This document shows positions 30,677 to 41,268 of a stretch of DNA of 64,000 bases, one piece after another. The DNA is from an uncultured Planctomycetota bacterium (lineage in GTDB: Bacteria; Planctomycetota; PLA2; JAEUHO01), in contig CAVVXN010000001.1 in assembly GCA_963752285.1 (NCBI GenBank), positions 800,001 to 864,000 of the forward strand, written 5' to 3'. The notes beneath the pieces were generated by a model. The model had not been told where the DNA came from. It did no database searches and saw nothing but the letters and a program-made list of their open reading frames with translations. The number at the start of each line of letters is the position of its first letter. Position 1 is the stretch's first letter. Both the position numbers and the translations under genes were made by a program.

Positions 30677-31735
30677 ATGAGCAGATGGATCCTCACGCTC
30701 TCTTTGGCAGTTTTTCTGTGGCCAAGGGAGGCCCTAGCACGAGATGAGGAACAGCACGTCAAGGAGTTGCAGGAGAGAATCGCCGTGCTGGAGAAAGAGA
30801 ACCACGTCCTGAGGCAGAAAGTCCTCTGGCATGAGTTGCTAGCAGCGGCCCGGTTGCCCAGGTCGGCTACTCGTGTGGATGTACTCCGATTAGGCCCCGG
30901 TTCCCGTCAGGCAAATGAACGGAGCGAGCACCTCAAGGGGATCCGGCTTCCCGATCGCCCCTCCAAGAGCGCTGTAAGGGAGTACGTCGGGAGGATCCTC
31001 GAGGCGGCACAGGATCACCGGCAGGTTTTCGAGTCGGTCGATCCCGAGATTGCTCTACTGGAAGCGGTTGGCCCCGCCAATGTAGACATATTGATCGAAC
31101 CGCTCGTATACCTCCCTCACATAGGTCCCTCGTATTACCTCATCGAGGCACTCGATACACTAGTCGGGGCAGAGCACAAGGAGTTGATTCTCGATAACCT
31201 CGCCGCTGCCGATGAGCTCGTGGCGATTGTCACTGATCGTGGATGGGTGAGAGACGCGGCGCCGATATTGCTGGGGGTTCTCGCAAAGAGGTCTGCGTTG
31301 CTGTCGGTGGAGTGGGTAGAGGCGGCCGCCAAAGTTGCCGGCCCGGACCGTTACGACGACTTGAAGTTCCAACTCGTCAACAACATGTCTCCCCTTCGCA
31401 TCTGGAAGGCGATCCGCTCCTTGCCTGGAATTGGCCCACTGGACAAGTTGATCGCTGAGAGGTGGCAACGAACGCCGAGGGTCGAGGACTCCTGGTCCTG
31501 GCAGCGGCTCGCTGCAGTCGCTGCCTACTGCGGTCACCTAGATGCGTTGGCGGCCGTGGTGCGGCACCTAGAGTCGAATGATGGGGAATTGTGGGGGACA
31601 TTCCAAACCCTGACTGGCTATGATGGTCAACCTGGCCCCCCGGAGCAGGCTGAGAAGGCAAGGAGGTGGTTCGCGGAACATGAGGGCAGCCTTGTCTTTG
31701 ATCGTTCGCAGGGGCGCTATCGAATCGTCAAGTGA
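30677..31735 (+). CDS. Secreted hypothetical protein
   Basis: Strong RBS AAGGAGGT; signal peptide MSRWILTLSLAVFLWPREALA; short coiled coil then helical region. Confidence 0.75.
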   Translation: MSRWILTLSLAVFLWPREALARDEEQHVKELQERIAVLEKENHVLRQKVLWHELLAAARLPRSATRVDVLRLGPGSRQANERSEHLKGIRLPDRPSKSAVREYVGRILEAAQDHRQVFESVDPEIALLEAVGPANVDILIEPLVYLPHIGPSYYLIEALDTLVGAEHKELILDNLAAADELVAIVTDRGWVRDAAPILLGVLAKRSALLSVEWVEAAAKVAGPDRYDDLKFQLVNNMSPLRIWKAIRSLPGIGPLDKLIAERWQRTPRVEDSWSWQRLAAVAAYCGHLDALAAVVRHLESNDGELWGTFQTLTGYDGQPGPPEQAEKARRWFAEHEGSLVFDRSQGRYRIVK

Positions 31736-31845
31736 GACGCACGAGCTCAGCGCGGCCACCATCTGAGCCGAGGAGCGGGATGCGTGAATCGCGCACGTCC
31801 GGATGTGTGGAAGGCCCGGGAGGCAACTCCCGGGCCTACCCGACT

Positions 31846-32841
31846 CCGTACGGTACGGTCACGATCACGCGGAGGGGGCAGACACAGTCGTCGGATCCCC
31901 TGGGGCAGCACTGGACGTACACGGGGCGGTTCTTCGACGTGGAAAGCGATCTGTACTACTTCCGTGCGCGCTACTGCCACAGCGGCCTCGGGCGCTTCAT
32001 CGAGCGCGATCCCCTGGGATACACGCAGGGGGGCAACCTCTTTCGGTACTGCGAGTCTGACCCCACCAACGTGTCTGACCCGCTCGGCTTAGGGGACTTC
32101 GAGGGGTGGGGGGGGCCCAAGAGCGAGATCCCGGAGACACCGGGCAAACCAGTCGGCGTGAGCATCGGCGAAGGCTCTGATCAGACCTCCATTCCAGGTT
32201 TACTTTGGCAAGGCGGCTACCACCTGAACGCCGCAAGCGTCTGGGATGTGTTCTATGAGATCCATTGGTTCTATCTTGTGGGGCATGTAAGTACCCCGGT
32301 AGGGGGCACGGTTTTCTGCGGACGGGTACAGACGCCCGCGGAAGGAGCGGGGAGCGAGGGGGGGGCCACGACGCAAGGAGGAGGCTGCGGGGGCGGTGGA
32401 GGCGGTGGGGATAGGTGCCTTAAGTGCACATGGAGGGGACTTCAGAGAACGAACTGGTCCCTGTACGTCGAGTGGGCGTACCAGGTCACCGGCAAGCGTA
32501 CCATCAATTGGCCGGACTTCCTCGCTAGGACGATCAGGCTTGGTAAGGCCGCGGCGGAAGTCATTACTGGATTGCAGGATGGCGACGCGCCCGGGACAAT
32601 GAGCCACGTGCCGGAACTCTACAAGGTATTCATGGCTTGGTTATCGATAAGTAAATTCGGCGTGAGGATCAATGTCCTCAAGTCGGTGTACGACACATGG
32701 GAGGACACGATCATTCTGAGCGCGAATTGCAGAGTGGTGGACTGCCCTCACACTGTCACGAGAGACCAGATGGGTTCGAAGGAGCTCTGCGGTCGCTTGA
32801 GAGCAAAGTCTGGGGGTGGTGCCAGCGTAGGTCCACGGTGA
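31846..32841 (+). pseudogene. Orphan Rhs module 3: short core remnant plus Cys-rich tip
   Basis: PYGTVTITR...QHWTYTGRFFDVESDLYYFRARY...GRFIERDPLG...PTNVSDPLGL; frame open from 31732 but Rhs similarity starts at about 31846. Confidence 0.8.
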
Positions 32842-33113
32842 GAGGCCCGGAGCGGGTGAGTGACGTTGCCCGAGTGGAGAACGCGGATGCGAATCCAGCG
32901 GGGGCCTTCATGCCGGGGGTGCTGGTCGCGTCCGGCGCTTCGAGCGTGGGGCGGGTTAGGGTAGGGCTCCCTGACCGGGCGAGCTCTCGCGTGCCGGAAG
33001 CGTCGTTGACCACGGTAAGCTGCCTCGTAGTACGATCGGAAGGCGACGGGCTTCGCGGTGGCTATTGGCCAGCCCGGCGCCGGTGCCCTGGCGCTGCGGA
33101 AAGGAGAGCCCCC

Positions 33114-34733
33114 ATGGCGAGTCGACCCGCTTCGCGTGTTCGTGGTGACGGCATCTTCAGAGCGTCCCTCCTACTCGTGGGACTTCTCGCGGCGGCTTCC
33201 GAGGTCGCGCTGGCGGACAGTCCTGTTGCGCCCGCAAAACCAGCGCCCGTCCCCGCAGTCGATCTCGATCTGCTCCTGAATCAACTGTTTCCGCTGGTCA
33301 AGGATCCAGCCTTCAACAGCCTCGGGGTCCGGAAGGGCGAGGAGCTGACGCGCGCTGTATTGGAGCGACTTCCAGTGGGTCGGCGGGCGGACATCGCTCT
33401 CGGCCTCGGGGATGCGCGCATGGGGACCGCGATGATCTTCAGCGTTCCCGCCACATTGGACGCTTACGTTCTTGACTTTCGTCGGCCGGAGGACGCCCGC
33501 GTCTTCGTGAGCGCCATGCATGCCGCCTCTGAAAAGCAGGACGCGACGAGGGACGGCAATCCCGACACCGACCGGATTCTGGAGGCTACATACGAGAAGG
33601 GCGCCGGGCCGGATGGTCGCATGCCAGGCTACGTTGTCCGAAGGCGAAAAACGCGCGGCAATCGCCCTATCCAGGTACTCAGCGAGGTGGCCCAGTTGGG
33701 ATCGATCGTCGTCATGATCGATGTCGAGAACTTGGTGGACATCGGCCGCCGTGAACTCGATGACGCGATCGCGCGCGTCGAGTCCGCCCTCGCGAACCCC
33801 GACGCCGCGCGGAAGGCGCCGAGTGCGAGACCGGTCCTCCTCCGTTCACTCGGTCCACTGACGTCCGTGCGTGCGGTCGGAGCGGACGGCAGCCGAGTGC
33901 CCCGCTTCAACTACCTGGTGCAGTGGGAGGAGACGGGCGGCTACATGAGCGACTCCGGTGGCGCCGAGGGCGTCGCTCTGGTGCGCGTGCCGCCGCACGT
34001 ACCTTACGTGGTGAAAGTGTGGGCCGCCCGCTCCGCTGCGGACGGGCCGTTGCCCTGGGGACCGGCGTCAGGAGAGTTCAAGGCCGACACCCAGGATGCG
34101 GAGATCAGATTGCCAAAGGGTCTGACCCTCTCGGGCACCGTCCGCGACCGGCAGGGCGAGGCGGTCGAGGACGTTCGCGTGGTGGCAATCACGACGGAAG
34201 GTGAACGCGGGATGCCCGCGAGTGCGCTTCCACCGGGCGGACTAGGGGTGTCAGACGCCTTCGACGCGCACGGCCAAGACACGAGCGGGTCGGACGGGAC
34301 CTTCCACCTGCAGGGCCTCGGCCCAGCACGCTACCGGGTCACGGTTGCCCCCGATCGGGAGTGGTTCACGGTCAATGACGTGGAGTCCGATGCGGGGTCG
34401 GAAGCCCCAGTCACGTTGGTCGTCGAGAAGGCATTGGCCGTTGACGTCGTGGTTCTCGGGCCGGATGAGAAGCCAGTAGTAGGAGCCGAGGTATCCGCGT
34501 TCTCCGTCCAGAAAGGCCGAGTCACTTCCGTTCGTTGGGACCGTGATCTGTCGTTCACGACCGACGGATCGGGTGTGGCTCACATGCGCGGTCTGAGGCC
34601 GGGCGGGAACTACCGACTGAGCGTGCGTCCACCCAAGGAGCGAGAGGATCTCAGCTCGCACGATCAGGAAGACTGGTCGCCGGAGGCGACGATCGTGCGG
34701 CTCGACACAGTAGAGGCGGTCAAGACGCGATGA
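33114..34733 (+). CDS. Exported protein with carboxypeptidase-regulatory-like domains
   Basis: AGGAG RBS before ATG; LLLVGLLAAASEVALA signal; LSGTVRDRQGEAVEDVRV...SGSDGTF, GPDEKPVVGAEV...TTDGSG. Confidence 0.7.
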   Translation: MASRPASRVRGDGIFRASLLLVGLLAAASEVALADSPVAPAKPAPVPAVDLDLLLNQLFPLVKDPAFNSLGVRKGEELTRAVLERLPVGRRADIALGLGDARMGTAMIFSVPATLDAYVLDFRRPEDARVFVSAMHAASEKQDATRDGNPDTDRILEATYEKGAGPDGRMPGYVVRRRKTRGNRPIQVLSEVAQLGSIVVMIDVENLVDIGRRELDDAIARVESALANPDAARKAPSARPVLLRSLGPLTSVRAVGADGSRVPRFNYLVQWEETGGYMSDSGGAEGVALVRVPPHVPYVVKVWAARSAADGPLPWGPASGEFKADTQDAEIRLPKGLTLSGTVRDRQGEAVEDVRVVAITTEGERGMPASALPPGGLGVSDAFDAHGQDTSGSDGTFHLQGLGPARYRVTVAPDREWFTVNDVESDAGSEAPVTLVVEKALAVDVVVLGPDEKPVVGAEVSAFSVQKGRVTSVRWDRDLSFTTDGSGVAHMRGLRPGGNYRLSVRPPKEREDLSSHDQEDWSPEATIVRLDTVEAVKTR

Positions 34734-34787
34734 AGCGCGGTTACCGCCGCGGCGTCGCGGTGCGCTGACCTGCCACGGGACGCAGGA

Positions 34788-35211
34788 GGCGAAGCTCGCG
34801 ATCCTCGCGCTGGTGGCGCTCCTGGGCCCGCGTCTCTCCTACGAACGGGTCCGGATCTTCCTGCCGGGGCTGGGCCGGCGGGAGGCGAGATCGTGGCTCC
34901 GGCGCTCTCGGCGGGACTGGGCGCGGGCGCGGGAACGGGGGCAGGCGTTGCTCCGGTGGCTCGCTCCCGGGACGGTGTGGGCGATGGACTTCAGCGAGGC
35001 GCCCACTCCGATCGAGGGGCGGTACCGCTACCTGCTCAGCGTGCGGGACCTGGCGAGCGGGATGCAAATGGTGGCGCTGCCGTGCCACGACACGACCGAG
35101 GCCACGGCGACGGCGGCGCTCGAGGCGGCGTTCCTTGCGCACGGCGCGCCGCTCGTGCTCAAGACGGACAACGGCTCGGCGTTCCTCGCCGGGGCGTTTC
35201 GAGCGCTGCTC
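34788..35211 (+). mobile_element. Second, truncated copy of the rve transposase segment
   Basis: Near-identical to 20844-21267 (offset 13944); ends after TDNGSAF...RALL, lacking the catalytic E. Confidence 0.88.
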
Positions 35212-35356
35212 GAGGCATCCGTCACCGGCGTCAGCCGGCCGACCTCTCGCGCCTCGTCTTTGGACGACGCTGCGCATATTGGTGCGGCCTGTCGGCCGAG
35301 CCCCGGGGAGAACCATGGGAGGCGGGGCGCGCCGCGCCCTGGCCTTCGGCACCCGC

Positions 35357-36526
35357 TCAACGTGCGTCCGGGTCCGCGGAGGGGACCGCGGGCACGCGCT
35401 CCCAGAGGAGCGTCTCTCCGTCCCCGGGGCCCTCGTGGTCTTGGACCGCGCGCCGCCCGCCCGTCAAGAGGTGGCGCCCGTCCGGCGCGAACGCGACGCC
35501 CATCGGGTACCGCGTCGTGGCGTACTGGCGGATCGTCTGTCGAGGGAGCGCGGTCCGCGCGTCGCGGATCACGATGTCTCCCGTGCCTTCGACCGTGACC
35601 AGCAGCGTGGCGTCGGGGGAGAACGCGGCTTGGATCAGCAGCCGGTGGTTGGCGCTCGAGTCCGCCACGCCCGCTCCTTCGAGCTCGAGTCGGGCGATCG
35701 TGGTGCCGGCGGGCATCCGAAGGATCTGGAGCGCGAGCCGCGCGTCCTCGCCCGGCCGGCGGAAGCCCGTCTGGAACCGCGCCGGATCCGACGCGACGAG
35801 CCACAGCCGACCGTCGCAGCTCTCCGTCACGAGAAGACCCGGCCGCCGCTCCGGCGCACGGCCCGCGCGTCGAATCTCCGTCTCGAAGGAGTCGCGACGC
35901 ATCACCGCAAACCCGCCTTCCGCCAGGAAGCAGGCATCCCAGACCCCCTTCTCGGCGCCCGGGATCCGTGTGACCGCTCCGGACCCGAGGTCCGCCCGGT
36001 AGGCCGTCCCGTCGTCCACGACGACGATCGACGCGCCGTCCGGCGCGAACTGGACGCGCGCCGGCGAGCTCACGGCGGAAGTCGTCGGCGAGAAGGGCAG
36101 CGCGATCCGCCGGGCGAGGGTCCACGCTCCGTCGCGGAGGCTCAGCACGACCAGCGCCTGGCCCTGTACCGAGGCCATTCGCCTCGAGTCGTTCGAGAAG
36201 GTCACGCGATGAGAGGCTGGGGCACCTGCTCCTTCCGTCGGCCAGGCCTGCTGTCCCGTCGCCGCGTCGTAGACGGCCAGCTTCCCGTTGTAGCCATCGG
36301 ACACGCCGACCCATCGGCCGTCGGGACTGAAGGCGGCGTGCCACGGGAAGCTCACGTTTCGCGGACCGAAGGAACTGCGGAGCACGTAGAGCGGAGGCGC
36401 GGACGCCGAGTCCGGAGCGCCCATGGACGGGCTCGCTCCCGAGGCGAGGACCGACAGACACGAGAGCGCCGTGAGCAGGCGGCCCGCCGATCTGGAGCCA
36501 GGCCGCACATGGAGCGCGCCGTTCAT
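35357..36526 (-). CDS. WD40/beta-propeller repeat protein, exported
   Basis: Repeated AAFSPDGRW, VTFSNDSRR, VQFAPDGAS, AAFSPDATL, VAFAPDGRHL. Confidence 0.8.
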   Translation of the reverse strand: MNGALHVRPGSRSAGRLLTALSCLSVLASGASPSMGAPDSASAPPLYVLRSSFGPRNVSFPWHAAFSPDGRWVGVSDGYNGKLAVYDAATGQQAWPTEGAGAPASHRVTFSNDSRRMASVQGQALVVLSLRDGAWTLARRIALPFSPTTSAVSSPARVQFAPDGASIVVVDDGTAYRADLGSGAVTRIPGAEKGVWDACFLAEGGFAVMRRDSFETEIRRAGRAPERRPGLLVTESCDGRLWLVASDPARFQTGFRRPGEDARLALQILRMPAGTTIARLELEGAGVADSSANHRLLIQAAFSPDATLLVTVEGTGDIVIRDARTALPRQTIRQYATTRYPMGVAFAPDGRHLLTGGRRAVQDHEGPGDGETLLWERVPAVPSADPDAR

Positions 36527-36797
36527 GCGGCACGCGAGGACCCTGGTCGCCGATGGACGTGGCCCGCTGCGGGCCCGGCCCGGGACGCTCGCGGTGCCAG
36601 GAGCGACACGAGCAACAGTACCCCGGAGGCGGCGCCGAACCCGATGGATCGCCTCATCTCGACCTCCGACGGAACAGGCCTCCATGAGAACGTCGGCGGA
36701 GGGCCCCCCCCTCCGTGGGGCGGTGCCACCTTCGCGGGAGCTCGCGGTCCGGGCCGCCCCCGGGGCGCACTCCGGGGCGCACTCCGGGGCGTTCGCC

Positions 36798-37613
36798 TCA
36801 GCGCCTCGTCGCAACGGCTGCCGCGTCGTCCCCCTCCGTGTCGTCCTTCCGAGCAACGAAGAACACCCGCCGAAACGGATAGGCCACGGCGCCGTTTCGG
36901 AGCGGGTAGGCCTCGCCGAGGCGCGGACGGAGCCGGGCCCGGAGCTCGTTCCAGTCCTTCGCGTCCAAGGTCGCGCGAACGGGCCGCATGGTCGTGCCTT
37001 CCATCCACGCGAGGACCGGGTGCTCGCCGTCCGGCGCCGCCGGAAGTCGGTGCACGTACGTCGTCTCCCAGGCATCGACCCGACAGCCGCACGCGACGAG
37101 GATCTCCGCGTAGTGGACGGCGTCGGGGACCGGCGCGGGCAGTCGTTCCACCAGCCCAGGCCGCTTCGATCCGATCTCCGCGACGAGCGCTCGAAGCGCC
37201 TGGTGCGACGGCGCGTCGTGGTTCCCCGGGACCTGGACAGCCAGCCAGGCGCCCGCCGGGAGCGCGGCGACCCATGGGGCGAGGAGGTCCTCGTGATGAT
37301 CCACCCACTGCAGCGCGGCGTTCGAGACCACCACGTCCGTGTCCTCCTCGGGCGACCACCTCCTCAGGTCTCCCTGGCGGAACGTAATGGGGTAGGCCGC
37401 GGCCCTCGCCTCCCGGATCATCTCGGGTGCGGAGTCGATGCCGAGGACGCGCGCCTGGGGCCAGCGCGCGGCGAGCGCCGCGGTCAGGTGGCCGGGTCCG
37501 CAGCCGAGGTCCACGACCGAGCGCGGCCGCGCGGCGCCGATGCGGGCGACGAGGTCGGAGAAGGGACGCGACCGCTCGTCCGCGTACCGCAGGTACTGGG
37601 CGGGATCCCACAT
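36798..37613 (-). CDS. tam: Trans-aconitate 2-methyltransferase
   Basis: MWDPAQYLRYADERSRPFSDL, VVDLGCGPG, SNAALQWV, LAVQVPGN, DAWETTY, YPFRRVFFVA. Confidence 0.9.
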   Translation of the reverse strand: MWDPAQYLRYADERSRPFSDLVARIGAARPRSVVDLGCGPGHLTAALAARWPQARVLGIDSAPEMIREARAAAYPITFRQGDLRRWSPEEDTDVVVSNAALQWVDHHEDLLAPWVAALPAGAWLAVQVPGNHDAPSHQALRALVAEIGSKRPGLVERLPAPVPDAVHYAEILVACGCRVDAWETTYVHRLPAAPDGEHPVLAWMEGTTMRPVRATLDAKDWNELRARLRPRLGEAYPLRNGAVAYPFRRVFFVARKDDTEGDDAAAVATRR

Positions 37614-37825
37614 GCCGTCGCGTCCTCGGCGCGCCTCGGTGACGCCCGTGTGCCGCAGGCTACCCGGGGACGAAGTGTCCACGTTCCGCGCGGCGCCGAC
37701 AGGTCGCCCCGCACGCGAGCGTGGATCGCGTGCCGAGGCTCCCGTCCGTTCGTATGCTCCCCGGGGTGGGTTCCGAATCGGTTCCGAAGCTCGCCCGGGC
37801 GAGCGAACGTCGGGAGGGCCTGCGG

Positions 37826-37987
37826 ATGACCATGAGACTGACGAAGAACCTCGGCATGCTGCTGCTCGGGATCTGGTTGATCCTGACCGGGTTGGTCCCG
37901 CTCCTTCACCTGAGCATCGCCCACCTGGGGACGATCCTGGGCCTCCTCGCCGTCGTCGCCGGGGTGCTCATCGTCCTCGGGAGATAG
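37826..37987 (+). CDS. Small two-helix membrane protein
   Basis: GGAGG RBS; KNLGMLLLGIWLILTGL...ILGLLAVVAGVLIVLGR. Confidence 0.75.
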   Translation: MTMRLTKNLGMLLLGIWLILTGLVPLLHLSIAHLGTILGLLAVVAGVLIVLGR

Positions 37988-38077
37988 CGGCTCGGGCGAG
38001 CGATCCCTGCCCCGCGCCCTCCTGTCACGGGGCGGCGCTGGCCAGCGTCGTGGCGATCGGCGAGGATCGTCGGCGCG

Positions 38078-39955
38078 ATGCCGAGGTCCCGAGCCCTCTG
38101 CCTGGTCGTCCCGCTCGCGGCCGCGGTCGCGCTGGCGGCCGTGCTGTTGCTCCGGACGCCGGGTGCGCCGGTCCCGTGGCGGCCCGCGCCCGTTGCGGGC
38201 GGCGCGCCGGTTTCCGAACCACGCCTCACGGGGTCGGCCCGGCCCGTCGGCGTCGAGGCCTTCGTGCTCCGTCTGGCCCGCGCCGGCGACGAGACCGAGC
38301 GCCTCGCGGCCGAGCAGGCCCTCGTCCGGGCCGCGGCGGGGGATCCCGATCTCGTCCCGCGTCTCCTGGCCCTCGCACGGTCCGACCCGAGGAGCCTCGA
38401 CGCGCTGAACCTCCGTCTCGACGACGTCTTCCAGGCGCTCGCGCTCCTCCGGCGGCCCGGCGCCCTGGCCCTCGCCGGACTGCTGCGAGATCCCCCGCCG
38501 GCGGCCGGTGATGCCCGCGACGCCATCCTCGTCGCGCTCGCGAGCATGGGGCCCGAGGCCGCGCCGGCGTTCCCGGCGCTCCTCGAGCTCTTCGACGGAC
38601 CGCCCGCTCCGGGGCGCCGCATTCGGGTCCTCGACGTCGTGCGCGCGATCGGCCCGGCCGTCAAGGAGATGGCGCCGCGCCTCGATGCCCTGATCCGCCC
38701 GCCGGTAGACGACGAGGTCGCGGGCGCGGCGGCCCGCGCGCTCCTCGCCGTCTCCGGCCCGACCGAGGAGGTGCTCGCGACGCTGCGCGCGGCGATCGAG
38801 GACGAGGACACCGAGGCCCGGTCCGCGGTGATCCGGGCCCTCGCCGACGCCGGTGCGGCCGCGGCTCCGATGGTGCCCCTCCTCGTCTCGCTCCTGGAGG
38901 ACACGGAGTCCGAGGTCCGCGTGCAGTCCGCGTTCGCGCTGGGCGAGATCGGCGTCGCGTCTCCCGAGGTGATCCGGAGACTCTCCTGGCTCCTCCTCGA
39001 GGAACGAAGGGCCGTGCAGGTCTACGTCGGCAACGCGCTCGTGCGCCTCGGCGAGCCGGGTTGGAAGGCGCTCGGCGAGGTGGCGCGGAGCAGCGAGCAC
39101 ACGGGCGACCGCCTCGTCGCGCTCGAGGCCCTCGCGAACGCGAAGGTGGACCTCCGTCCGTGGGCCGACGTGCTGCTCCAGGTCATCGACGGCTCGTCCG
39201 AGTCGGGAGAGCGATCCGAGGCGGTCCTTCTGCTCTACTTCCTCGACCCTCCGCTCGAGCCCGCGCGGGTGCTGCCCGTGATCCGACGCGAGATCGCGCG
39301 GGGGCACGCCGCGGCCGTGCTGCTGCTCCTGGCGGCGACCCCCGGCGCCGAGGCGCACGAGCTGCTCCTCTCGTTCGCGCGGAGCGGAGGGGCGGAGACG
39401 CGCTTCGCCGTCGCCGAGGTGACCAAGCAGCGCGCGGGACAGACGGGGCTCGCGCGCGACCTGGTCTTCGAAGCCCTGGCGGGCACGTCGGACGCGCGGA
39501 TCCTGGCGCGGGGCTTGCGGATCCTGGCGCTCCTGCGCCCCCCGCTCGACGCCGGGGACCTGCCTTCGATCGCGCCCTACCTGCGGTCCGAGGACGCGTA
39601 CGTCCGCAGCGCGGCGATCGCCGCGATCGAGCCGATGACCGGCCCGCGCCGGACCGTAGACGCCGCGCTGATCGCGGAGCTCGACGACGATCGAAACCTC
39701 TACGCCGCGGCGTGGTCGCTGGCGCGGCGCGACGCGTCGGCGGCCGAGGTGGTCCCTCGTCTGATCCCCGCGATCGGCCGCGCCGCCGCGAAGGGTGCGA
39801 ACGCGTACGCCTTGGTCTGGCCGCTGTGCAAGCTGGGTCCGCGGTGGCCGGGAACCCTCGCCGCGCTCGACCGCGAGATCGCCGCGGCCGAGGCGCGCGC
39901 GCGCCCCACGCTCCAGAGCCTGAAGAAGTCGCTCGTCGAGCTGGCGTCACGTTAG
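38078..39955 (+). CDS. HEAT repeat protein with N-terminal membrane anchor
   Basis: LLEDTESEVRVQSAFALGEIG, IEDEDTEARSAVIRALA, LRSEDAYVRSAAIAAI. Confidence 0.8.
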   Translation: MPRSRALCLVVPLAAAVALAAVLLLRTPGAPVPWRPAPVAGGAPVSEPRLTGSARPVGVEAFVLRLARAGDETERLAAEQALVRAAAGDPDLVPRLLALARSDPRSLDALNLRLDDVFQALALLRRPGALALAGLLRDPPPAAGDARDAILVALASMGPEAAPAFPALLELFDGPPAPGRRIRVLDVVRAIGPAVKEMAPRLDALIRPPVDDEVAGAAARALLAVSGPTEEVLATLRAAIEDEDTEARSAVIRALADAGAAAAPMVPLLVSLLEDTESEVRVQSAFALGEIGVASPEVIRRLSWLLLEERRAVQVYVGNALVRLGEPGWKALGEVARSSEHTGDRLVALEALANAKVDLRPWADVLLQVIDGSSESGERSEAVLLLYFLDPPLEPARVLPVIRREIARGHAAAVLLLLAATPGAEAHELLLSFARSGGAETRFAVAEVTKQRAGQTGLARDLVFEALAGTSDARILARGLRILALLRPPLDAGDLPSIAPYLRSEDAYVRSAAIAAIEPMTGPRRTVDAALIAELDDDRNLYAAAWSLARRDASAAEVVPRLIPAIGRAAAKGANAYALVWPLCKLGPRWPGTLAALDREIAAAEARARPTLQSLKKSLVELASR

Positions 39956-40136
39956 AGGCTTCGTCGGCGGGCCCGCGGACGCGAGAGCGCCGCGACCGCT
40001 CCCGACCGGGACTCGAGCGCGCCAGATCCCGGTCCGGGACGGCGCCGTTCGCGATCCCGTCCGATCCGGCCCGGGACGGGGCCTCGACGTGATCGCGCGC
40101 TCGACGCGCGCCTCGCCTTCCCGGATACTCGCACGG

Positions 40137-40625
40137 ATGCCCGACCAACCCGCTCCTCGCTTCTCCGGATACGCGTACGGCGGCGCGCGCGCGCTCGTCC
40201 AGCTGCACGACCGCCACCTGCGGTCCTTCGTGGCCGTGTGGAAGCAGGCGTTCGAGGAGGGCGTGCCGCTCCCTCCGACGGACGATCCCACGTGCCAGTC
40301 CCTCGAGGCGATGCTCCGCCACGTGCTCGGAGCGGCCCGCAGCTACATGACGTGGATGTGCGAGCGTCTCGGGCTCGACGATCCGGGGATCGACCGGGTC
40401 CCCGAAGACGTGGCGCAGGATCCCGACGCCTACCTCGGGCACGTGCTCGCCCGGTGGGACGGCCCGCTCCGTTCTCTGGACGCGGAGACGGCCGAGAAGG
40501 GCGTGTACCCCTCGCGATGGGGGACGGAGTACTGCATCGACGCGATGCTCGAGCACGCGGTGATGCATCCGCTCCGACACGAGTTCCAGCTGGAACGGGC
40601 CCGCGCGGCGAGCCCCGTGGCCTGA
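40137..40625 (+). CDS. DinB/YfiT-like four-helix protein
   Basis: MLRHVL...MLEHAVMHPLRH metal-binding His pattern. Confidence 0.7.
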   Translation: MPDQPAPRFSGYAYGGARALVQLHDRHLRSFVAVWKQAFEEGVPLPPTDDPTCQSLEAMLRHVLGAARSYMTWMCERLGLDDPGIDRVPEDVAQDPDAYLGHVLARWDGPLRSLDAETAEKGVYPSRWGTEYCIDAMLEHAVMHPLRHEFQLERARAASPVA

Positions 40626-40744
40626 CGCGCGGCCCGACGACCCGGGGGGGGCCGGATCCGACTCGGCCCGTGCGAGGTACACGCTCACGTGGCGGCGCGC
40701 GGCGACGGCGGAGGACCGGTGCGCGCGTTCTCTCGTGGCGTCGG

Positions 40745-41143
40745 TCACGCCGGTTCGTGGCGAACGACGGCGTCCGCCTCGATCTCCACCAGCATCTCGG
40801 GGTCGATCAGCGACCGGACCTCGACCATCGTGGTGGCCGGCGGCTGATCTCGGAACCGCTCGGCGTGCGCGCGGCCGATCTCGCGCCAGCGCGAGATGTC
40901 CGTGACGAAGATCCGCGTCCGGACGACGTCGCCGAACCCCGCGCCGACGTCGGCGAGGGCCCGTCCGATGATCTCGAGACACCGTGTCGCCTGCGCGTAG
41001 GCGTCGCCGGGCGCGTGGACGCCGCCCCCCTCGGCGACGGGGGCCGTGCCGGTCACGTAGACGTGGTCGCCCGCCCGAATCGCCCGGCAGTACCCGACCT
41101 CCGCCTCCCACGGCGCCCCCGAGCCGACCCGCTGGAACTCCAT
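40745..41143 (-). CDS. RidA/YjgF family protein
   Basis: SGAPWEAEVGYCRA, VTGTA, DVVRTRIFVTDI, PATTMVEV, LVEIEADA. Confidence 0.92.
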   Translation of the reverse strand: MEFQRVGSGAPWEAEVGYCRAIRAGDHVYVTGTAPVAEGGGVHAPGDAYAQATRCLEIIGRALADVGAGFGDVVRTRIFVTDISRWREIGRAHAERFRDQPPATTMVEVRSLIDPEMLVEIEADAVVRHEPA

Positions 41144-41268
41144 GGCGTCTCCCTTCTCGAGCCGAGATCCCGGGGTGTTCATAGGCCGCGGGAGGTCCCC
41201 CGCGGTCCCTCGCGCTCCCGCGCCCGCCGGGCCACCCGGGCCGCGGCCCGGGGCGCGGCCGCTCGGTG

